Positions 1 through 10,184 of a stretch of 64,000 bases of DNA are shown here, one piece after another. Numbering within the stretch: position 1 is the stretch's first letter; every line of letters begins with the position of its first letter. Origin of the DNA: Camelus ferus (lineage: Eukaryota); NCBI RefSeq assembly GCF_009834535.1, contig NC_045704.1:16678001-16742000 (forward strand), in the 5' to 3' direction. The position numbers and the translations under genes are program-made. Under the pieces are notes generated by a model. It was not told where the DNA came from, made no database searches, and saw only the letters and a program-made list of their open reading frames with translations.

Positions 1-365
1 CGTGAACACTGTCCAAACCACAAAAATGGCCAAACACCCACCTGTCCTGGCTAATATGCGTGCCGTGCCGGTTGCTGCTTTACCAATCAGCTTGAGCTGT
101 GCTTTGTTCCTCCCTCCTTCTAGGTAAGATTTATTGAGACAGCCAGCCACATAATTGCCCCCACTTCCTGGCAGCATCCATCCAGAGTAAAACCCCTTTC
201 TTGAACCTTTCCCCAAATCGCTTACCACAAACCCATATCCTATAATAAATCCTTATTACAGAGATGCCCCATGGTGTGTGTGCTTCCTCAACGCAGTGAG
301 CAGTAAACCCAGCTTGTTCCAACTCCAGGTATGTCCCTGTGATCTTTGGCTGGAGAGCACTGACA
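1..365 (+). mobile_element. ERVL-class LTR 3' part (MER74/MER54-like), lying in ZNF576 intron
   Basis: Ends ...AACTCCAGGTATGTCCCTGTGATCTTTGGCTGGAGAGCACTGACA, like remembered ERVL LTR 3' termini (..CA end). AGTAAA/AATAAA signals upstream. Family name from memory. Confidence 0.5.
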
Positions 366-397
366 CTGTGGCTCTCATTGTTACAAATATTTAACCT

Positions 398-530
398 CTC
401 TTTGCCTCAGTCCCATCATCTGAAAGTGCTAATTATCAACTGCAGAGGGTCTGCAAGGACTGGATAACAAATGTTAAACTCTTAGAACGCGCCTAGCCCA
501 TAATAAGCATTCGGTAAAAGCTGTTGCTTT
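398..530 (+). mobile_element. MIR SINE fragment
   Basis: GCCTCAGT..CATCTGAAA core-like sequence and MIR 3' tail. Confidence 0.6.
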
Positions 531-599
531 TTTCCTGTGTCTAACTGGCTACTTTCATAAACATCAAGCTTTCCATTTTTCTGCCGTTAGTCCTCACAC

Positions 600-715
600 C
601 AGCCCTATGAGGTGAATAGTGCCAACCCCTTTTAACAGACAGAGAAACAGAAGCCCAAGTCACACGGAAAGTCTGGGGCAGAGTTGGGATTGGGGCTCTC
701 TGCCTTTTCCCAGCC
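600..715 (-). mobile_element. MIR SINE fragment
   Basis: CCCTATGAGG...ACAGAGAAACAGAAGCCCAAGTCACAC, reverse MIR core. Confidence 0.6.
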
Positions 716-985
716 ACCTCTCGCACTCTAAGTCTCTCTGGATGCTGCTCAGTGCCTCTGAATTGCATCCCCTTCATGCTTATGTGGACAGAGCAGAGGG
801 AGTATGTCTGAGGGTAGTTAAGGGTAAGGGTGGGGGAGGAACAGCTTCTAGGAGGGCAGCTCGGGGGCCATTACAGCTCCTTCCCAACAGGCAAGTCCTG
901 TCAACGCCTTGGACACTGAAATGCTCTAGTAATCCTTTTAGCTTCAGCTTCTGCACCCCACCCTCCTCTGGTCGGCAGTACTCAC

Positions 986-1087
986 AGATGTCGCCTTCTG
1001 GACTTTGGAGACTTCTTTCCTTGGACGAATTCCTGCTGCTCCATGGTCTCTTTGGGGTGCGGGTCCTCCGTGGTGACTGGGACACCT
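986..1087 (-). pseudogene. ZNF576: ZNF576 first coding exon ortholog, apparently disabled (start ACG, +1 frameshift) or mis-sequenced; zinc-finger exon lies left of the window
   Basis: Acceptor ttctcttgaccag|, donor ATCT|gtgagt. Translates as (T)EDPHPKETMEQQ then, in another frame, SKERSLQSPEGDIC, matching remembered human MEDPNPEENMKQQDSPKERSPQSPGGNIC. Head-to-head with IRGQ as in human. Identity is solid; pseudogene status is uncertain. Confidence 0.65.
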
Positions 1088-1369
1088 CTGGTCAAGAGAA
1101 GAGCACGCAGGACATAATAGTAAATCAACTGAAGTTGCTCATCGCAGCCGGCTTTAGAGGGCCCACTAATCTTATGACCTTTGACTGGCTCTCCTTGCCA
1201 GCCTTTGACCCCCATGATACCATCTCCTTGGATTTTAACCTGATAAGAGTGCTCACTAGAGGAGATTCAATCCTCCCGAAAGATTAGACTCCCCGGGTTT
1301 GTGGCTCCCCTTAGAGTCTTCTTACTTGCGTGAGACCTCTGACCTATGCTTCCTTCATTAAACTCCCTG

Positions 1370-2400
1370 AACTCCGAGCGCGGGACTCTTCATCTTTGAC
1401 ACAGCCTCATCCCCTTTTCTCCCACGTGTCTTGAGGCAGGTAGTGGTACCCACGCTTTAGCCTGCCTCTTCCCAGGAGACATCTTCCTTTGACATCCCGA
1501 AACTCCTGTTCCACCCAAAGCTCCCGCTTCCCACGCGCGCTTTCAGCCGGTGTATCCCGCTGCCCCAGGCATTGCCCTCGGCTCCCTGCCAAGGCGGGTG
1601 GCTCAGGCCTCCGCTTTTCTCTGGACAGCAGGGGACTGCCTTTCGTTGCGCCTGTCAGTCGCTCGTCTCAGCGCCGTCACCCGAAGGGAAGCGAGGTAGG
1701 GCCCACCGAGTCTCAGGTGGTTTCCAAGGCCTTCCGCCTGATGAGACTTTTGAAGCGGAGATCCCGTAATGCCATCCGGCGGTGATGAAGTAGCGCCAGC
1801 CCGGCCCTCAAAAATAACGGGAGGGGTCCTTCTCTGCACTGGGGTGCGTAATGATGACGTTGCAAGCCACCCGTGCCGTACAGACCTAAGCGTTTTGCGC
1901 AAGTGTGGTAGGTGCTCCTGGCGCGCACGCGCTGTGGCTCCTTCATTGTTTAAGGCCCCGTACAGCGAGCGCCCTTCGGCCGTTCTGCGCAGGCGCCGTA
2001 AAGGGCCATGTCCCCGAGGTCACGCTTCCAAGTCACACCCCCCTCCTAAAAAGAATGACGTAAGGTTAGAGCCCCCGGAAAGCGTCTGGGCGTCCCCAAA
2101 TCACGGCTTTCTAACCTCTTCGGCCTCCGTCCTCAGACCCCAGGGGCGGGGCTTCTCATCGGCTGATCGGCTGCTGACTGCGCTCTCCCGTGTGCCGGCT
2201 GTCTGCTCGGTTGGTGATTTGGAAGGGAGGAGTGAAGGATTAAAAACATCTGTGTCCCTGAGGGAGGAAGGGGCTGGAGGCCGATTTCTCAGTTTTTGAA
2301 GCGGAAAGGGAAATGCCCTGAAAGAGGGCAAACACGATTCCAGGGTTCCTGGGGAATAGGGCCTGGGCGGCAGATTTCTAGGTGCTTGGGAGTGATACCC
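1370..2400. promoter_or_regulatory. CpG-island bidirectional promoter ZNF576/IRGQ
   Basis: CpG-dense. TGACGT at 1855-1860, TGACGTAA at 2056-2063, NRF1-like GCGCGCACGCGC near 1921-1932. Lies between divergent genes. Confidence 0.75.
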
Positions 2401-2517
2401 GAGAACGAAAGAAGGGACAAGGTGAAAGGCTGAAGTCTGAGACCAGAGTCGGGCTGCTAGAAAAGAAGAAGGCTGGTGTTCCCTGACTGGGATCTTCTCT
2501 CTCCTTGCTTTACAGCT

Positions 2518-3047
2518 ATGCCTACGCCGCGGGGTGACGTGACGGTCTTGTTCCTCGGGCCTCCGGGCTCAGGAAAGTCTGCGCTGATCGCAGCGCTGTG
2601 CGACAAGGATGTGGAGACGGTAGAGATCCCCGACGGACGGCCGGATTCCGGGCTCCCCAGCTTGAGAGCTGCGGGCCCTGGCCTCTTCCTGGGCGAGCTG
2701 AGCTGTCCACCCGCAGCGCCGGGGCCCTGGGCAGCGGAGGCCAACGTGCTGGTACTGGTGCTGCCCGGACCGGAGGGGAATGGGGAGCCCTTGGCTCCAG
2801 AGCTGGGGGAGGCAGCACGGGCCGCCCTAGCCCGAGGGACCCCGCTGCTGGCTGTGCGGAACCTCCGTCCTGGGGATTCACAGAATGAAGCTCAGGCCCG
2901 GAATCAGACAGCGGCCCTGCTGGACAGCGCCGGGTTGGGAGCCGCGGCTCTCTTCGTGGTACCGACAGACTGCCGCAGCAGCGACGGCTGCGAGGAGCTG
3001 GAGCGCCTGCGGGCGGCGCTGCGGAGCCAGGCGGAGGCGCTGCAGAG
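2518..3047 (+). CDS. IRGQ: IRGQ coding exon 1
   Basis: Acceptor tttacag| at 2515, ATG 2518, donor AG|gtgagc. Confidence 0.95.
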
Positions 3048-5526
3048 GTGAGCGCGGCGTTTCAGGGTGGTCTTAAGAGGCCTGGAGCTTTATTTAGTCT
3101 GTACCTCCCATCCCTGAGGGTGCTCTTTGAGGTCCGTGAGACCCCGCCCCCAGCGAGTTTGGGGCCTGCCCTAACGGGATATCTGCTAGAAGCCCTGCTC
3201 CCTCATCCAGGCCCCACCCCTCAGCTCAGGTTTTGAGGTCCGCGAGGCTCCACCCCAAGCTAGTGCTCGGTGCTTGACTCTTTTTTGTCATCTAGGCCCC
3301 AGCCAAGGATCAGCTAGAAGTCCCGACCTGTCATCCAGGTTCTGCCTCCTGCGAGTGCTCTGAGGTCGCAAGCCGCGCTTCCTCGCGAGAATTCTGAGAG
3401 AGGCCGGGACCTCGCGCCCAAATACTTCCCCCAGGCAAAACTGTGAAGGAGCTCTCACTCTGTCCCGTCTTCACCCTCCTCCCCGCCATCAGCTTGGCTC
3501 TCAAGCGACCCCAGTCTCCAGAAAGCCACATCCTCAGCGAGGCTTTGTTGTTTCTGGGTGCCCTCCCCCACTTCCTTTCTCTAATCCCCTCTCATCTCTG
3601 TGCCCACTTGCTGAATTTTCTCCCCCAACGCCGAGCGGCCTCGTTTTATAGACATCAAAACGAAGCTCAGGGAAGGGCAGCCTCTCCTCCCTCTTGGTGA
3701 GAACTAGCAGATGAGGCTTTTCCCTTCACTGGTCTTTACCCCACTCCTTACTCAGAAAAGAGTGCCCTTGGTGACCTTGACCTTGTTGAATAGGGCCCAG
3801 TTTTCGTTTAGTCCACAATACAGTCGCAATTCTGCCTTTGCTCCAAGCCCCACTCTGAGTTTCGCCCCGCCCAGTACAGCCTTTTCTTAATCCAGCAGGT
3901 CCCTCGGAAAGCCCAGCTCCCAAAGAGTGTGAGCCCGGGAAAGACTTTGTCGGGTCTCCATTTTAGGTTCTGTTGGAAACCTGATTTCAATCTAGCCATC
4001 CTGTCCCTGCTTTAAGCCCTTTTCTTCATGTCCCTGGTTTCTATTTTCTGTGGCATTAGTCTGGCCCCTCCCTTTCCTGCTTATTCGGAAAGATCCGCCC
4101 TTTTCATAACCCAATCCTGTCCCCCTAGCCCAGCTTCCCACCACTTAGTCCCTCTTCTGCTCTTGATCCCATCCCTCCCTGTCCCCGCAGGCTCCTGCCA
4201 CCCGCTCAGGATGGCTTTGAGGTCCTGGGCGCTGCAGAGTTGGAGGCTGTGCGCGAGGCCTTCGAGACCGGTGGCCTGGAGGCGGCGCTGTCGTGGGTTC
4301 GCGCCGGCCTGGAGCGACTGGGCAGCGCGCGCCTGGACCTGGCCGTGGCGGGTAGGGCTGACATGGACCTTGTGCTGGACTTGCTACTCGGGTTAGATCC
4401 TGAAGACCCAAGTGCGGTGCCTGCGTCGGCGCCCGAGGGGCCCACGCCCTACCCGGCCCCAGAGCGCCCCAACGTGGTGCTCTGGACCGTGCCTCTGGGC
4501 TCCGAGGGCACTGCTGCCACCCCCCACCCAACCCACTATGACGCTCTCATCCTTGTCACCCCTGGGGCCCCCACTGAGAAGGACTGGGCCCGGGTCCGGC
4601 CCTTGGTGCTACCAGATGCGCCGCTGGTCTGCGTGCGAACAGACGGCGAGGGCGAGGATCCGGAGGCTCTGGAAGAAGAGGAAACAGCGGAGAAGCCCAG
4701 CGGCGAGAGCTTAGAAAACGCCGGCGGAGGGGGTGTTGAGAACGCACGCAGTGAGGAAATGGAGAAACGTGGCCCCAGATCGCAGAAAGCAGGCGGCGGG
4801 GTAGGTTCAGAGGAAGCAGGCAGCGAGAGTTTGCAGCCGGTTGGCATGGGCGTGAAGAGATCAGGCAGCGGGGACTCAGAGCGCGCGGCCGCCTTGAGCC
4901 CGGAGGACGAGACGTGGGAGGTGCTGGAGGAGGCGCCGCCGCCGGTGTTCCCGCTGCGGCCGGGCGGACTCCCGGGGCTGTGCGAGTGGCTGCGGCGCGC
5001 GCTGCCCCCGGCCCAGGCAGGAGCGCTGCTGCTGGCGCTGCCACCCGCGTCTCCCCGCGCAGCCCGAACCAAGGCTGCGGCGCTGCGGGCCGGGGCGTGG
5101 CGGCCGGCCCTGCTGGCGAGCCTGGCGGCGGCGGCAGCTCCAGTACCAGGGCTGGGCTGGGCGTGCGACGTGGCGCTCCTGCGCGGTCAGCTGGCGGAGT
5201 GGCGGCGGGCGCTGGGGCTGGAACCCGCGGCGCTGGCACGACGCGAGCTCGCGCTAGGTCTGGCGCCAGGGGTGCTGGCCGAGCGGACGCGCTTCCCGGG
5301 TCCGGTGACGCGCGCCGAAGTCGAGGCGAGGCTGGGCTCGTGGGCGGGCGAGGGCACCGCCGGGGGCGCGGCCCTGGGCGCGCTCTCCTTCCTGTGGCCC
5401 GCGGGCGGCGCGGCGGCCACCGGCGGCCTGGGCTACCGCGCGTCGCACGGCGTCCTGCTGCAGGCGCTCGACGAGATGCGGGCCGACGCCGAGGCAGTGC
5501 TGGCACCGCAGGTGCCCGCGCAGTGA
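2518..5526 (+). CDS. IRGQ: Immunity-related GTPase Q (IRGQ), 621 aa; join(2518..3047,4191..5526)
   Basis: MPTPRGDVTVLFLGPPGSGKSALIAALCDKDVET... to ...ALDEMRADAEAVLAPQVPAQ*. 1866 nt in frame, phase-2 GT-AG intron. Matches remembered human IRGQ throughout. Confidence 0.97.
4191..5526 (+). CDS. IRGQ: IRGQ coding exon 2
   Basis: Acceptor ccccgcag|G CTC CTG CCA (RLLPPAQDGFEVL), stop TGA ends 5526. Confidence 0.95.
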
Positions 5527-5584
5527 GAGGTGGGCTGAGGACCGGGGTGCCCCGGGTCCCGGCTGCCCGACTCTGTCAGCGGCT

Positions 5585-6300
5585 GCGGACTCCAAGTCCC
5601 GGTTGGAGGGAGAGGGCATGGGGGTGGTCCAGACTCTAGCATGGGATGTCTGGGCCTGTGAGATAACAGAGCAGGGGGCCGCCTCTCGGAATCCTGGGTG
5701 CTTGAAGGGGATGAGGGCTCTGACTACCGGTTGAGATGTGTGACATCTAGTCACCAGGATTCCTAGGTCCTGAAGGGGAATAGAGTTTGGGGGACAGGAC
5801 TCCTGATTTCTCTGGGAGCCACAGGATGTGGACTCCTAGAAGGGGGCATATCTTGGTCTCCGAGGGAGTGAACACTGGATCTATTAGATGTCTAGTCCTC
5901 CAGGGGGAGAGGGGGTAGAAACCCTGATTCTTGATGAAGGGTGATTGCAGCATGGGGGGGGGGGGGTCTGGGTTCCCCGGGGAGCTGGTATCTTGGACTT
6001 CTGAACCACAAAGGGATATAAGGTCTAGGTTTCCTGGGTGTGGCTAGGCCTGCATGCAGCCTCCCAGTTCCTCAAGAGGCAGTGAGCTTTGAAACTTTAC
6101 TGGGGGGAAGAAGGGTCTCTGGGGTCTCAGACTTATGGCTCCCAAGAAGGCTGGGACCTTGGTTCCTAATTCCTGGGTGGTGGGAGGAGGGAACGGGTGG
6201 GCTGTGTGAGAGAGCTGGGGACCCTTTGGTCCCTCTTGGGGAATAGAGGGGTGTCTACTGTTTGTTCCTCAGGGGACCTGGGGACTCAAAATTCTTTCCC
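5585..6300 (+). repeat. Degenerate MSR1-like G-rich repeat array in IRGQ 3'UTR
   Basis: Recurrent GGA(C/T/A)TCCT(G/A)(G/A)..GAAGGGG units, e.g. near 5585, 5688, 5756, 5797, 5830; G13 run at 5954-5966. Confidence 0.5.
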
Positions 6301-7117
6301 TTCCTCTGGGGAGGATGGTACCACAAAAATAGGAGGAAGCAAGGGGTCCGGACATGGTGGCTCTGAGGGTAGCAGAGATTAGGAATGAGGCCTTCTGGGT
6401 GTGGAAAGGCAGAAACTCGTGCCTCAGAGATGTTGTCCACAAATCCCTAATGGATCTGGGTTCTGGCAACTGCCTTTCTCTGAGTTTGCCTGGGAAGGGA
6501 TATGACTGCCCCTATTTTACAGGTGCTGAGCGATTATGGAGCTTTCTGGGGAGTCTGTTCCCCTATCCCTCTCTTCTTTAGGGGTCTTGGTTTCTTCTGT
6601 CATTAAACCTTAACCCTTTCTGGCCTTGGTATTTTGTACACCTGCCTTTTTGGAAAAGCAGCTGTACTGCTGCACTAGTCCAAACATTTCTGTGTTGGCT
6701 ACCTCAGAGATCCCCGAGAGGGACACAGAGAATGCTGCCTTCTGGTGTACACAGAGAACACTGCAGGGAGCAGGGGACCCACAGAACCACTGGGCAGGTG
6801 TTCCAGACCATGGGAAAGTGCTACAGTGAGGCAAAGGCAGAAAGCACAGTGCCTGGAATGTTCTAGGCTGCCAGCTACATGTAGAGGAGAAGCCACAGAA
6901 TTCTTCAATGTCAAAAATAGAAAAGGGGGACCTGACAGGCCATCCAGTAGAATCTGTTATGTTAGATGGGAAGGCAAAGCCCAGAGTGGGCAAGCTCGAG
7001 GCTCAACAGCCCACAGCAAGGCCCCTGCCTGTTCTCATTCCCTGCCCCATCCCATCCCCAACCAACCTGATAGATCTTCTGTCTGATGCTTGAGCGGGCC
7101 ACCGGGGTCCTGCCTCA

Positions 7118-7455
7118 GGACTTCGGCACTTTCTGTTATTTCTGCCCAGAATGCTCTGCCCCCAGATCTTCTCATGACTAGCTCCTTCTTGTCAATCGGG
7201 TCTCAGCTCAGATGTCCCCTCAGAGAGGCCTTCCCTGACCACTGTTAACTAAAGTAGCTCACACCCCCACCCCCAGTATTCAGTTATTCATCTCAGCTGG
7301 TTAATTTTCCTTGTAGCAATTATTCCCATAGAAAAGTTCCTTATTTATTTACCTGTTTATTGGCTATTATCCCCATGCCTGTCTTGTTCTATGCTGTATC
7401 CCCAGTACCTAGGATAGTGCTTTGACACACAGACGGTGCTTAATAAATATTTATT
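7118..7455 (+). mobile_element. L2 LINE 3' fragment
   Basis: CAGCTCAGATGTCCCCTCAGAGAGGCCTTCCCTGACCAC ... GTGCTTAATAAATATTT, typical L2 3' end. Confidence 0.75.
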
Positions 7456-8027
7456 TTATTTCATTAATCAGTGGCAGAACTAGGGCTGGAATTTAGGTTG
7501 TTGGGCCTCTGGTCACAATACAGGAAAGGAGTGAGATAGGGGAGAAAAGGCGTATCATGCGAGAGAAAGCCCCTGTCAGGTGAAGGGGCCTGGGAAGCAA
7601 GCACAGCTTTGCCACTGTCTATCTGGGTGACCTGGGCCAGTGCCTTATCTTCCCATCTGTGACATGAAAGGGCTGGACGACGACCAGAAATACTCCTGGG
7701 ATCCTATTTCCTTTGACAGCTGAAGACAAGGGTAACCAACCTGAGGGACGGGTGCTTGAGGGATGATTCCCCCCATGTCCACCTTGAACTCCCGCCACTG
7801 GCACAATCTGTCCCATTAAAGTTGAGACAGCCAAGATGGGAAAAAGCATTTAGCTCAATACTGAAGGGCTCCAGGCATTGTCCTCAAAGCTCTCTTCAGC
7901 CTTAGGAGAACGTTACTCATCTGTATCTGTAATACCCACTACAACGCTGTCTACGCCTCTCCTTGGTCCACATTCAAGCCTCTCCCATCAAGCCCACCCG
8001 CCACGTGCAGGAGCGGAGAGGTGTGGA

Positions 8028-8476
8028 GCTGTGCTGTCTAGTAGAAATAAAATGTGAGCCACATTAAAAAGGGAAAAGGAAACAGATGAAACTAATTCTA
8101 ATATGTTTCCCTTTACCCAGGATATCCAAAATATTACCATTTCAACATGGAATCTGTATAGAAAAGTACTGATGAGATATTTTACATTCTTCTCATGCCA
8201 AGTCTCTGAAATCTGGTGTGTATTTCTCGCAGCACATCTCAATTCAGACAATGAATTCTCATCAGAAATTCTTGATCCGTATTTAGGTTTCATAAAACTC
8301 CTATGTGAAGAAGTTGATTTGTATACCCAAGTCATCACAATCATTTTGAATGGTTTTCCAATAACTGAGCTGAGTAGCCATTTTTAAATTAATTAGAAGT
8401 AAGTAAAATGTAAGCTTCGGTTTCCCAGTTGCACCAGCCATACGTGGTGAGTGGCTCCAGTATTGGACAGCGCAGC
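8028..8476. mobile_element. hAT-Charlie DNA transposon (MER33/MER3-like)
   Basis: CTGTGCTGTCTA... and ...ATTGGACAGCGCAG terminal inverted ends, typical internal sequence. Confidence 0.7.
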
Positions 8477-8539
8477 CCTACAGCACTTCCATTATTACAG
8501 GAAATTCTATTCGGATTGATCTAGGGTCAGACAGCCCTT

Positions 8540-8700
8540 CTTCTACTGACTCTAGGGGTGACCTTGGGCAAGTCACTCAGCACATGGCATCTACCTCACA
8601 GGGCTATTGTGAGAATTCAGTGTATGTACGTACATACATACCTTCTCTCTCATGCATATCAATGTACTTGAAGCCGCTGCTGAGAAGCCTGGCACACTGG
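8540..8700 (+). mobile_element. MIR SINE fragment
   Basis: GTGACCTTGGGCAAGTCACT..., CCTCACAGGGCTATTGTGAGAATT, CCTGGCACAC. Confidence 0.65.
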
Positions 8701-8954
8701 GAGCTCAAACGTTAGTCTTGCTGTCCTTGCACACACACCCTCAGCCCAGGCAGCATGAAGACGACCCTAGTCTGAGCATCTGTCTCACTCTCATGCCTTT
8801 GCTCAGAGTGCCCTCCTCTTTTTCTGCCACTTTGGCACCATCTCTGACTTGGTCCTGTCTGACATCTCTGCCCAACGCTCCCCTTTTACAAATTCCCTTT
8901 GCCCCCTGGCCAATGCGAATCATGCCTGAGATCAAGACCCAGGTTTGTTGTTGT

Positions 8955-8982
8955 GTCGCTGTCCATGGTGGAGCGTGCTGAT
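8955..8982 (-). promoter_or_regulatory. Candidate non-canonical REST/RE1 element (9-nt spacer)
   Basis: Minus strand reads aTCAGCACG-CTCCACCAT-GGACAGCGAC, both RE1 half-sites. Confidence 0.5.
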
Positions 8983-9433
8983 TGTGTTTAGGTAGTTGTA
9001 TATGGGCACTCCTGGGTGTCATGGCTATCTCTTGGAGTGATTGCCTTTTCAATTATACTTTTGAAGGGATTGAATTTTAGGCTCTGCAAAGGCAGCAAGT
9101 TGCTAGTGAGGCATCTGTCTTTAGGAGCATCCAAGCAAAAAAGACTGAGACTCCCTTGTGGGTGGATCACTGGCTGCCATCCAGGTGTGTCTACATGGCA
9201 CTTCCAGGCTGGAAGACCCTTGAATGCAGAAATTCAAGGTAAGGTACAATGAATCTTGGTGTTGCCATCGCCAGAAGCAGGATAGGCACAAAAGACTCGT
9301 CACTTGAGCTGTGGTTCATACTTGTCTGGATGATGATGGAGAGGCTTGTGTCCACAGTGTCCATGGGGATGGGGAGCCTTGAAGGGTGGGCGTATCAAGG
9401 GTGGGTTGGCCTGTGGTGCTTTTTGAAGGAGTG

Positions 9434-9439
9434 AATAAA
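9434..9439 (+). terminator. IRGQ: Candidate distal IRGQ poly(A) signal
   Basis: AATAAA outside recognisable repeats, followed about 15-30 nt later by GU-rich TGTGTGTCTGTCCTTT. Alternatives at 7442 and 8046 lie inside repeats. Confidence 0.4.
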
Positions 9440-9698
9440 AATAAGTTGAAACCCATGTGTGTCTGTCCTTTGGGAGTTGGAAGGGGGAAAAAGATGCTTG
9501 GGATTTTGATGAGCTAGGAGCCTAGACTCCTGGGTCTGAGGAAGGAGGGGTCCAAGGTTGGGTCCCTGGAGAGGAGATACAAAAGTGGGGTGGTATGTGC
9601 AGGATAGAATCCCTTGGGCCAGAATCAAGAGACTTTATCTGAGTTTTGCCATCCTGAAGGAGGTGGGGTGGACTAGTAATTATTTAGACCTTGGGGGC

Positions 9699-10184
9699 TG
9701 TGATGGTAAGGCATCTTTGCCAGGAACCAGCGTGGCCCATTCATACCCCCAATGTGTTCAGCTTCTTTGTAGCCACACCCTTGGATACTCCCTTCTCGTC
9801 TTGACACTAGACCTGGCCACGTGATCTGCGTGGCCCCTGAAACAATAGCAAACATGATACAAGCAGAGGCTTGAAAAGTTCCTTCCTCTCTTGCTGTCCT
9901 GGGGACCCTTGCCACCACTACTACCACATCAAGAAGTCCAGGCTAACCTGCTGGGTGATAAGAGACATGTGGCTCAGTCAGCCTTGACACTCCAGCCAGT
10001 GTCAACCGTGTGAAACAGAGCTGCCCAGCTGACTGGCAGCTGAGCCCAGCAGAGATCAGTAGAAGAACCACCCAGCTGATCCAGACCAAATTGCCAACCC
10101 ACCAAATGAGCTAAATAAAAGGCAATTACTCTAAGCAACTGAAATTTGGAGTGGTTTGTTATGTAGCAAGAGATAACTGATACA
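9699..10184 (+). mobile_element. MaLR LTR (MLT1F-like), near full length
   Basis: Starts TGTGATGG, contains TAGCAAACATGATACAAGCAGAGGCTTGAAAAG, ends TTTGTTATGTAGCAAGAGATAACTGATACA. Confidence 0.8.

Noticed and set aside
619-1287. 222-aa + strand ORF
   Set aside because: GTG start, spans a MIR and the antisense of the ZNF576 exon, with no recognisable domain.
2554-2580. Canonical-looking Walker A (GPPGSGKS) in IRGQ as a sign of restored GTPase activity
   Set aside because: A GxxGxGKS loop is also present in remembered human IRGQ; downstream G3/G4 motifs are not evident, so it is not a novelty.
4412-5754. Long alternative-frame and antisense ORFs (100-316 aa) over IRGQ exon 2
   Set aside because: Expected from very high GC content and few stop codons; the products are low-complexity Arg/Pro/Ala/Gly.
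9053-9076. Minus-strand NSIPSKV* resembles the ACOT1/2 C-terminus
   Set aside because: The upstream sequence shows no ACOT similarity; treated as chance.
8740-9430. Possible decayed IRG-family (IRGC-like) paralog next to IRGQ (CLDDD and PDKY words)
   Set aside because: Only 4-5 residue matches in different frames and strands; no G1/G3/G4 motifs.
9673-9927. Minus-strand ORF with IQGC and an 11-nt match (GCTACAAAGAA) to PINLYP exon 5, suggesting a PINLYP paralog exon
   Set aside because: It lies in the antisense strand of a clear MLT1F-like LTR (9699-10184), has no LU cysteine pattern, and no collinear partner exons were found.
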